A stretch of DNA of 64,000 bases, from NCBI RefSeq assembly GCF_009914755.1, contig NC_060942.1; one strand, 5' to 3'. Source of the stretch: the human T2T-CHM13v2.0 reference genome, Homo sapiens. Made by a program: the position numbers and the translations under genes. Positions 52,791 through 64,000 of the stretch are shown here, one piece after another (position 1 is the first letter of the stretch; every line of letters begins with the position of its first letter). The notes under the pieces are model-generated. The model was not told the origin of the DNA. It saw only the letters and a program-made list of their open reading frames with translations, and made no database searches.

Positions 52791-54764
52791 GGGGGCTAGT
52801 AAGGGGGTGTCAAGGGTTGTGTATGTTTGTCTTAATGAGCGCACCTGATAAAGAGAGTTTAGTCATTTTTCACGGAAGGAGAGCATTGCTTTTTTCAATC
52901 AGCAGTGCAGTTCAGTAGAATCGTATTGCCTGACATTTGACCATGCTTCACCCTTGATGAACGTGTGCTCCTCGTTCAGCCTTCACAGCAGGCCTGTGAG
53001 ACAGGCAGGGCAAATCCTATTCCACAGGTGCGGAAGGAGGGCACCCACAGATGAACCACTCACCACATGTCCTGCTTAGGTGACAGAGAGGTAGACAAAT
53101 CTTGTTTAGACCTGGGCTTTTGACTCCTGACTCCAGGCCTCATCCAGCCAGTACTGAGAACAGGCCGACTAGAAGCTTTCAGTTCAGAACGAGTCCCATA
53201 GCCAGGACAGGACTCTGCCAAACAGCCGCATCTGGTGCTTTTTTCATATCTCACAATTCCATGGGAGATGTTAGTGGCCAAATTGTCTAACAAGGTCACT
53301 TTAAAGAGGTTAAACTGCATGTACATTGTCTTCCAAAATGGTTTCTGTTAGTCCGCATGCAGGTCTTCCTCCCTCCTGGCTAGTGTATTAGGAAGACACA
53401 AAACAGGCAAATGCTTTGGGATGAGCTGCCCCTGCTTTACTGGTACATGCCCCTGGATTCTCCTGATTAATTTCTGTTGGCTTGTTTACCCCTCAGGGAA
53501 GCTGCCAAACACTCTTTTCCTGAAGATATTTTTTCCAACAACTTCGCTGACACTCCTCTGTAATCAGCTTTGCCGAGACTGTGTCGTGTGTCCAGATTCT
53601 AGAAACTTGTATTTGGCTCAAGGTAACTCTGTGCAAAGAGAGTTCCAAGATGCTGGGCTTGCAAGGCCTGGCGCCTGCATAGTGCCGCTCTGCCCTGGGG
53701 GCTCGGTTCTCCTGGATGCTTCTGCAGAACATCTGGGGAGCATCACAGGACACTTTTAAGGGATGGGAGAGAAGGTCATCTGGAAAGGGCAGATTGGCCT
53801 GGCCGAGACATCAGATGAGGTCTCTGCAGGCTGCAGCGCCTGTCCATCAAGACTCATTTAGTAAGCACTCTGTGTGCAGAGAACATAGGTGACCTCAGGG
53901 GATGCGTGGAGTGCACTCTTACTGGGAGAGACCCATTGTGACAATAGGATCATTACAGACGGAACAGAAAATAACTCAGGCAAGCCAGCTGCAACGAGAG
54001 GCAGGGCCCAGCGACAGCGCCTGGGTGGGGCCTGGAAGAGTCTCGGTGCCAGGGCCATTTGTCCCCTAGGTCAGACTGCGGTTTCTTGTCTGTAGGATGG
54101 AGAGGCTGGCCTGGTGAGGTCCAAGGCCCCCTCCCAGCTTTAATGGTCTGTAATTCCAGCCTTCCACTGGGAAAGGGCAGCAACAAGACAGGAGCTGCAG
54201 GCACAGGTATCAAAGTTAAAAGTGAACATTTCACTTTCCCCCAGCTCCCCAAATAAAAGTGGTTACTCCAAATTCAGAGCCAGCTTGCACTGGGGAATGG
54301 AGATGGTCACAGAAAGGATCTGATGAAGGCCTTCAGGCTCATACCGCAGTGCTAAGGGGCTGGCTTTGCAGAAGACGTTTCTGGCTTTCATGAACATGAC
54401 CTGCTGCTCCTGCCTGATAATTGGGCTGTTCCCCTCCCCGCCCAAACCCTACCCCTGGCTTAAGGCTTTCCTGGGTGATGTAGCCGTGCTTTCGAGGCCC
54501 CTCATGCACTGACAGTGAGGTGAAGGAGGGCTCTCAGGACCGCAGGGTTCCCTGGATGGGAGGACAAAGGGGCAGTGGCCCCAGGGGTCTGCGGGCTGGG
54601 TCTGTGGCGGGGTCTGCCCAGAGCTGCCAGAACAGATGGGCGGACTGCCCAGCCAGGCCACAAGGATGCCAGCCAGCCTGGGGCTCGTGCACCCACAAGA
54701 CCCATGTGGTTCCATTCCACTCAGGTCACTTTTCGATAACAATGCTGTTTTCTTCTGTTGTCTG

Positions 54765-54766
<2 letters not shown>

Positions 54767-54800
<34 letters not shown>
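54767..54800. repeat. (GT)n microsatellite
   Basis: Seen directly. Confidence 0.95.
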
Positions 54801-54801
<1 letters not shown>

Positions 54802-56302
54802 TGGTGGTGTTGTTGTTATTGTTTTTAAAAATTCACGTTTCCTGTGCCCAAGATTTCCAAAACACCTTCCGCAAACTGCTCATCCCAGATGCAGTGTCGA
54901 TTGAAGGCTTCCCCTACTTGCGTGCCCCCTACTTCCCCGTCTGCCACCCCAAGCAGAAGCTCCTAGCAGGCTCACAATGAGTTTTATTTTTCAGAGCAGA
55001 ACGCGCTTGAGAATACCTCTGGTGAGATTGCAGTGGCTTGAAGAAGCTTTTGTTTTGAAAGGGAAAAACAACCAAGGGGAAAAGAGTGGAGACTTTTAGA
55101 GTGAGATTTCGGAGGCTCAGAGATGCCAAATGAGAAATGAGAGCTTTGGAAGGGTTCTAGAGAGAAATGCAAGCTTTCAGCTACATGGCATGGCATTTGC
55201 GGAGTACAGAGCACGTGCAGCCCCTAACCACGGGCGGGAGAGGAGCTTCTCCGTGAACTGCTCTCCACGCCTCTTTTATTAGTTAGACGAATTAGCTGCT
55301 GCGTAAGAAGTCTAAGACAGAAGGCACTGCTATCGAGAATGAAGCATTATCTGACATGCTTATGTCTATTTTATTCTGGGGCTCATCAGCACCCCACACT
55401 CCTCCCAGGCCGTTTCAAAGAGAAGGCACTACCTGGGGAGGCTGGCTCTGCCTCATCTGCGGCACGTCTCCCATTCCTCCGCCCATGGGACTCAGCTGCA
55501 GCAAGCTTCACACAGCACTTTACAGACTCCATCCGGTGCACTTCACAGCTGCGTGAAACTGCAGGCCCCAGCCTCCCTGCTCGGGGCTCCTCTTATCACT
55601 GCCCATCCTTGCCAGAGCAGCTGGGGTGTCAGCACGGGGCTGGGAGAGGAATATGGAAGAGGCTGGGAGGAGCCTGAGAAAGATGGAAAGGGTGGGGAGG
55701 AAGGAAACCCGGGCTGACAAATGCCACCTGCCTAAGAGGGTCCGCGTCCTAGGGAGGGTTCTGCTGTCCACTCCCTTCCTGAGCACTCATCCCTGGGGGT
55801 TCCTGCGTCTGTGTGAAGACAGGGAAAGGCTATCTTGGCTGAGGACTGTTGTGTGGTTACTCTCAGCCACAGAAGACAGCAAGAATGCGAACACAGCCGC
55901 CAGCAGGGGAAGGGGCCCCCATCTCTGGCCGCTTGCGCTCCTGCTCACCTGTGCCGTGAGCGTCTACCCTGTTAGTGGCCCCTCTATGCACGGCCTAGTG
56001 CTCACTCTCTCTGCCTGTCTCTGTCTCGGTTTCTTTTTTTCTCTCTCATCTCGAACATACTTTCCAGCCATAAGCCTTCCTTTGACACCTCTGCTTCCAG
56101 CTGGGAGGCAAACCTCGGGGAGAGTCTGGCCAGGGTCTGGAGGCTCAGTGCCCTCTCTCCTAGGCTCCTGGGAACTCTATGCTTGATGAGGGGTAGGGCG
56201 AGTCACAGTTGTCCTTGTGGCTGGTGGAGAACTGACTTCAGCAGCCCTCACTGTCCCTCACCCCGAGTGCATCCCAAAGTCTCAGCTGAAGAAAAAGAAG
56301 TT

Positions 56303-56665
<363 letters not shown>

Positions 56666-58139
56666 TCATCTTTGATATCTGTGCCTACATCTCATTTGGC
56701 TTAGAATCTACAGAAACACTGAAATTCATAACGGCTAAGAGTGGCTGGGTATTTTACTATGTACCCGGCAAACAAGGGTTAAGATAATTTAGGCAAAGTG
56801 CACAAAGTCACTGGCTGGTCAGTGGTGGAGCCAGCATCGCCCCACAGCCTGGGTTTTTAGGCACTCCAGAGGACAGAGAATATGGAAAATGATGCAGGTA
56901 GGAAGCTGGTGAGAGACACAGAGAGCCCCAGGGAAGCGGTGCTCAGTGCCCTGCAGACAGGTGCAGATAAGGTTCTTTTTCCCCATGCCATGGCTGACCT
57001 AAGACACATGCACCACTACGAGAGGCAGAGACTTCTCAAACCATACAGCCTGCATTTGCTGGAATATCACTAATTTCAAACATTCTTTCTTGTTGCCAGA
57101 CACTTCCAATGTGACTCTAAAAATCAAGTCAATGTGAGCGTAGAGATTTTGGAAGCTTGAGCCATCTGTCAAAACATTGAAAATATCGTTCAAGGACAAA
57201 AATTCATATATACAATTTCAGAAAATGAATTTTCTTCCCTCCGTTTCCCATTGCCAGCATGTAGGTTAAGTGGAGGTAAGGAAGATGGAGCTAAGAGAGA
57301 AAAAATAGTTTAAAGAATTTAAACAAAATCACCAGAGCATTTCAAATGCAGTGTTCATTTTAACTGAAATACAAAGCCGGCAGCCACCCTCCAGTTTGGT
57401 TCCAGGACCTCTCTGCAGGGCCCCTGCCTACAGCCAGCACCAGATGGAGCTGAGTGGCCTCCTTCAAAGTGGCCATCGGGAAGCCATAGTGGGTTCCAGG
57501 GCCCTTGAGGAGGGACGTCTCCTTCCACTGGCAGATAAGGGTATTGCTGACCTTGCTTACTCGGGGGCTGGAAGGGATATGAGACTTTGCAAAATTCTGC
57601 CCAGAAAGTTCTTGTATTCTGGGGTGTGTGGATCCCCAGAGTCTGAAATGCTTGTGAGTACTTTGCTGTCTTAGGTAAAGACTAATCTTAGGTAAAGACA
57701 GCACTTTGCTGTCTTAGGTTCGGAAGGGAATTAATCCCACCTAAAGATAGTTTGCAGTACTGCTAGCGCCTAACTTCTGGGAGCTCTTGTCTTGCTGAAA
57801 CTAGAAAGGCTATTTTGGGCAATGTGCAGTGAAGGTAGATGTGGAAAGAAAATGGAGCCAGCTGATTTGAGTTTCAGGCCAAGACTCGCAGTTTGATCTT
57901 CTGGCTCTGTCTCTTCCAGTGACTGGCTCAGGGGGCTACATTGAGAACCTCCTGTGAAGTAAGGGCTCCTGGAGGAAGGAGTGAGCATGACCATTTGGGG
58001 CTGACTCAGTCCACTTGAATGACTTGTCAGTCTCTTGGAAAGGCAGAGTCCTTAAACATCACTGTGTCCTTTGAGACAGGGCCCCCTGACTTCACATATC
58101 TGTCATCACACTGCAGTTGTCCACTTCCCAAAAGCCTCT

Positions 58140-58806
58140 TTTATTATTTTCTGTTGTTATTTTATCTTTGTTTTTAATTTTTATTTCCATTTCAAGGGCC
58201 TATGTGGAGATTTATTACATATGTAAATTGTGTGTCATGGGGGTTTGGTATACTGATTATTTTGTCACTCAGGTAACATGCACAGTACCTGATAGGTAGT
58301 TTTTCCATCCTCACCCTCCACCCAGCCTCCATCCTCAAGTAGGTCCCAGTGCCTGTTGTTCCCTTCTTTGTGTTCATGTGTCCTCAGTGTTTAGGTCCCA
58401 TTTATAAGTGAGAACACGTGGTATTTCGTTTTCTGTTCCTGCATTAGTTAGCTTAGCAAAATGGCCTCCATCTCCATCCGTGTTGCTGCAGAGGACAGGA
58501 TCTCATTCTTTTTAATGGCTGCGTAGTGTTCCATGGTGTATATGTACCACATTTTCTTTACCCAGTCTACCATTGATGGGCATTTAGGTTGACTCCATGT
58601 CTTTGTTATTGCGAATAGTGCTGTGACAAACATAGGTGTGCATGTATCTTTATGGTAGAATGATTTATATTCCTTTGGGTATACCCAATAGTGGGATTTC
58701 TAGGTTGAATGATAATTCTGTTTTAAGTTATTTGAGAAATCATCACACTGCTTTCCACAATGGCTAAATTAATTTACCCTCCCACCAGCAGTGTATAAGT
58801 GTTCCC
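58140..58806 (-). mobile_element. 5'-truncated older L1PA/PB 3' end
   Basis: ORF2 C-terminal peptide (MFVTALFAITKTWSQPKCPS...WYIYTMEHYAAIKKNE), 3'UTR and decayed T-tail. Degenerate TSD cccaaaagcctcttt / cccagaaggcttttt. Confidence 0.9.
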
Positions 58807-58841
58807 CAGAAGGCTTTTTTTTTTTTTTTTTAGTTTTTCTA

Positions 58842-59083
58842 GCAGCCTTGCACAGACATCAGCTGTTTGGATCAGTTCCCTCTAGACTTCCTCTCATCAT
58901 TGCAGTTGATTCTAAAATCTGGGCAGAACAGGAAAGAAGGAGAAGGGACCAGAAGATAGAGAACTTCTGCTTCTTCTCATTTGTTATTCTATTTCTGTTG
59001 ATACTTGCTTCAATTACTATAAGTAGCTCTCTGGCTTTTAGAGAATCTTCATGTATTTTCCCACCTTCACATCCAGGGACTCC
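58842..59083 (+). repeat. Left arm of ~245-bp inverted duplication
   Basis: Reverse complement of 61308-61556; ~14 substitutions plus 2 indels. Confidence 0.95.
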
Positions 59084-59353
59084 AAGTTTCAGTTTAAGAA
59101 ATCCTGGAGTAGTTGGTGGTATTCTACCCAGTCTATGAAATAAAGTAAGCAGGCTACACGTGAAATTTCTACCCACAGAAAAGCTTTACAACAGCCTCTT
59201 TGGAAACATTCTTTGGGGAGTATGTCATTTACTAGGAAGCCGATTCTGGATAATGCCATAAAAAGGCTTACCTTAGCTCATATGCCAAATCCTTAATCAA
59301 ATAACAACGTATAGCTGGAGCCTGCCAAGACTTGCTGGATAAAAGCCACCATG

Positions 59354-59666
<313 letters not shown>

Positions 59667-61307
59667 AAAAGCCACCATGATTCCTCCCTACAGGACTATA
59701 AGAAGATGGAATCCAGTGCATTCTACACAATATGAATGAATAAGAGAGTGAGGAAAGTTCCTCAGTGAATCTGCTACAAGTACCTTAGATGATAAAAAGG
59801 CTGTTTCTTCCTATTTTTATTGCAAAGAGGTCTTTGCCAATTGGCGGAGCTTGCTGCTTGAATGAACAAATGTCATTCTAACTTTGAATGCTGCTGCTTT
59901 TAAAAAAGCCCATGCACATGTTCTCTGAACCAATCACAGACCAGTCATAAATGGTGTTAAACAGGCAGAGTCAGGCAACATGTCTAACTATGCCAGAGGG
60001 AAGAAAAAATGGAGAAAAATTGTACTTTCCTCATGAAAATAATATCTAAAACTCAAGATGCTAATAAAACCTAATGAAACTAAATTTCAAATTAGATTTT
60101 TCAGATTTTTCTGAATAGAAAAGGCAAAGGTTGCATAAGATTTATTATTTGATTTTTTCTTCCAATACCTCTATATTTATGAGAAAATGATCTAAATGGT
60201 TTAGCTTTTGCCTGAGTAGTTTAAATTTTTCAATATGGCTCCTTAGAATATTGGCAAGGGAGCACAGTTGACCATTTGGAAGGCCACCTGATCTAAATTC
60301 TAAGCACCTGAAGGATCATATCCAAAGGTACGAAATGATGCTGAGGTTTCTAGGGTTCTTCTGATGAGTAGGTATAGAGGCTGGAAGACCAGAATCCATC
60401 TATCTATTCACCCACCATCCGTCTATCCATTCATCCTAACATCCAATTATTCATTTATTAATCATTAAGAGAAGGGGTTGAGGGAAGGATATCTTTGAAT
60501 TGGTCTTAGAAAACTGTGTTCTATAGGAAGTTACAAGTGACTCTCTTAAGGAAATAGAACATGACGTATTCATGAAAGAGATGAATTTCAAGGAATTAGG
60601 ACAAAGACTCCCCAATCCAACATGACTGCTCAGCATACGATTGATTCATGTGTTGAACATTGAGTCAGAAGCTGGCTTAAAGCTGAAAATAAAAAAGGCT
60701 CATGATGTGTGAGCTGTCTGAGCATCAAAGAGAGTGGTCAAGTGTGGGTTTCCCATGAAACTGCCGTATGACCATGAAGAAGGCTTGTGGTAAGGGAAAC
60801 AAGCTGAAAAAGAAGCCTTTCTCACATCTTCAACCATTGCTTCAGAAGTTGTAAAACTCGAATAATCAGGAGTTTGCCAGCTAGAAAAAAAGGGAAATTT
60901 TCAACTTAATAGATCAACCTCTTTGTCAATGTTAACATATATTGTATTTATTAATTTAAGAATAAACTCTATGCCAAAATATTTGATAAGAAACTGTGCA
61001 CAGAGAAAGAAATACTAGCTGATTCAATTGAGAATTTAATACAAGTAAAATCTATGTCAAACAAGGTAGATTATTCATAAGATAATTAATCACAGCCTTT
61101 CGTGTCAATAAGAGTTGGCAAAAGGATTGTTAATTCACTCAACAAATATTTACTCAAAGCAGGAGAACTTTTTCTGTGCTGTATGGAGCACTTCATGCTA
61201 CTTCACCAAGGCTGATGTCATGTGGAAAATGGCCAGTGATTTTCGTGTCCACCCTGTAGTGTGAAAAGAAACATCAAATCAGGCTAGACCAAAGAAGCCA
61301 CCCACAA

Positions 61308-61556
61308 GGAGTCCCTGGATGTGAAGGTGAGAAAATACACAGAGATTCTCTAAAAGCCAGAGAGCTACTTATAGTAATTGAAGCAAGTATCAGCAGAAAT
61401 AGAAAAACAAATGAGAAGAAGCAGTAGTCCTCTACCGTCTGGTCCCTTCGCCTTCTTTCCTGTTCCGCCCAGATTTTAGAATCAACTGCAGTGATGAGAG
61501 GAAGTCTAGAGGGAGCTGATCCCTCTAGGGACAGCTGATGTCTGTGGCAAGGCTGC
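61308..61556 (-). repeat. Right arm of ~245-bp inverted duplication
   Basis: Reverse complement of 58842-59083. Confidence 0.95.
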
Positions 61557-61619
61557 AAGGCCATTGCCCTTAAGAGTTCTTTATATAAGCTTTGGTGAGG
61601 CTCACTGCTGTAAACTATG

Positions 61620-61980
61620 AAGATGAAATGCCAGTGGCTCAGAATGGAGTTTACTTGTCTGTCATGTGAAAGTCCCAAATGGGCTTTCCTGGTCAGTGAC
61701 TAGCTCTCCTCTATGCAATTATTCAGACTTTAGCCCTTTCCCTCCTATGGCACCTGGGCTTTCAAGTTCTCCAGGCTCATCTGCAACAAGCCAGAGTGGG
61801 AAAGAGCATGAAGGAAGATGTGCAGGAAGTCTACAAGGGCCTGGCTTAGTATCACACATCACTCCCACCCACTTTCCATTGGGAAACACAGCCAAGCCAC
61901 CTAGATGTGGGGACACATAGTCTAGTGTGTGCCAACGATGGAGAGGAGACATATTTTGATGAATACAGCAGGCTTTGCTT
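61620..61980 (-). mobile_element. Old MaLR LTR (MLT1J/K-like)
   Basis: 'cacacatcactcccacccactttccattgg', 'gagacatattttgatgaatacagc'. Confidence 0.55.
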
Positions 61981-62019
61981 ACAGAATATAGCATTTCTTG
62001 AAAGCTAACCACGTGTCAA

Positions 62020-62383
<364 letters not shown>

Positions 62384-62524
62384 CTAAGTCACTTGTTCCA
62401 GCTTCACAGCTGAAGAGTGGCAGAACTGAGTTAGAACAGGGCAGTGTGGTTTCAGATGGACCCTCTTCACCACCATATAGGAGGCTGTGTTCTACACTCT
62501 AACCACATCAGAAATTTAGTAGGG

Positions 62525-64000
62525 ATTTTTGCACATTGATTTTGTATCCTGAGACTTTGCTGAAGTTGCTTATCAGCTTAAGGAGTTTTGGGGCTGAGAT
62601 GATGGGGATTTCTAAATATACAGTCATGTCATCTGCAAAGAGAGACAATTTGACTTCCTCTCTTCTTATTTGAATACCCTTTATTTCTTTCTCTTGCCTA
62701 ATTGCCCCGGCCAGAACTTCCAATACTATGTTGAATAGGAGTGGTGACAGAGGGAGTCCTTGACTTGTGCCGGTTTTGAAATGGAATGCTTCCAGCTTTT
62801 GCCCATTCAGTATGATACTGGCTGTGGGTTTGTCATAAATATCTCTTATTATTTTGAGATATGTTCGATCAATACCTAGTTTATTGTTTTTAGCATGAAT
62901 AGGTGTTGAATTTTATCGAGGCCTTTTCTGCTTCCATTGAGATAATCACGTGGTTTTTGGCATTGATTCTGTTTATGTGATGGATTATGATTATTGATTT
63001 GCATATGTTGAACCAGCCTTGCATCCCAGGGATGAAGCCAACTTGATCGTGGTGGATAAGCTTTTTGATGTGCTGCTGGATTCAGTTTGCCAGTATTTTT
63101 TATTGAGGATTTTCACGTCGATGTTCATCAGGGATATTGGACTGCAATTTTTTCTGTGTATGTGTCTCTGCCAGGTTTCAGTATCAGGATGATGCTGGCC
63201 TCATACAATGAGTTAGGGAGGAGTCCCTCTTTTTCTATTGTTTGGAATAGTTTCAGAAGGAATGGTACCAGCTCCTCTTGGTACCTCTAATAGAATTCAG
63301 CTGTGGATCTGTCTGGTCTTCGGCTTTTTTTGGTTGGTAGGCTATTAGTTACTACCTCAATTTCAGAACTTGTTATTGGTCTATTCAGGGATTCGACTTC
63401 TCCCTGGTTTAGTCTTGGGATGGTGTATATGTCCAGGAATTTATCCATCTCTTCTAGATTTTCTAGTTTGTGTAGAGGTGTTTATAGTATTCTCTGAATA
63501 CTATAGTAGTTTGCATTTCTGTGGCATCAGTGGTAATATCCCTTTATCGTTTTTTTATTGTGTCTATTTGATTCTTCTCTCTTTTCTTCTTTATTGTCTG
63601 GCTAGCAGCCTATCTGTTTTGTTAATCTTTTCCAGAAAACCAGCTCCTGGATTCATTGATTTTTTAAAGGGTTTTTTGTGTCTTTATCTCCTTCAGTTCT
63701 GCTCTGACCTAAGTTATTTCTTGTCTTCTGCTAGCTTTTGAATTTATTTGCTGTTGCTTCCCTAGTTCTTTTAATTGTGATGTTAGGATGTCGATTTTAG
63801 ATCTTTCCCACTTTCTGATGTGGGCACTTAGTGCTATAAATTTCCCTCTAAACTTTATCTGTGTCCCAAAGGTTCTATTATATTGTGGCTTTGTTCTCAT
63901 TGGTTTCAAATAACTTATTTATTTCTGCCTTAATTTCGTTATTTACGCAGTAGACATTCAGGAGCAGGTTGTTCAGTTTCCATGTAGTTGTGTGGTTTTG
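62525..64000 (-). mobile_element. L1PA ORF2 fragment (EN-linker to RT), disrupted, runs off the window
   Basis: [32 protein letters not shown] (RT) and [13 protein letters not shown]...SQLKEL; frameshifts and stops. Confidence 0.95.

Noticed and set aside
55626-56186. 186-aa plus-strand ORF, the longest in the window
   Set aside because: GTG start, GC-rich sequence with few stops by chance, no recognisable family.

Overview
This is primate genomic DNA, almost certainly human: it contains a near-consensus AluYb-lineage element, and Yb8/Ya5 expansions are essentially human-specific. I find no recognisable cellular protein-coding exon and cannot name the locus. It looks intronic or intergenic and repeat-rich, and most ORF-track entries are chance or repeat-derived. 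The dominant feature is a multiply deleted 4.7-kb HERV-K(HML-3)/HERVK9 provirus on the minus strand (29285-34003). It has MER9 LTRs, a CCAGTG target-site duplication and a tRNA-Lys PBS, and it is nested in an older LTR that in turn lies in an old L1M. The rest is Alu, L1, L2, MIR, MaLR/ERV solo LTRs, DNA-transposon fossils, microsatellites and a tiny tailless U2 snRNA retrocopy. The most notable non-routine structures are: (i) a ~245-bp, ~94% identical inverted duplication of apparently unique sequence flanking 2.2 kb (possible inversion breakpoints or long dsRNA stem); (ii) a MIR-derived 19-bp VNTR that multiplies the TCAAGGTCA ERR/NR5A motif; (iii) an AluYb8-type element carrying an AluYa5 patch; (iv) three speculative frame-preserving minus-strand exons next to a promoter-like segment at 44.7-47.5 kb; and (v) several templated-insertion or duplication scars. 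I see no convincing new biological system. Repeat subfamily names come from remembered consensus sequences and need RepeatMasker/Dfam confirmation.
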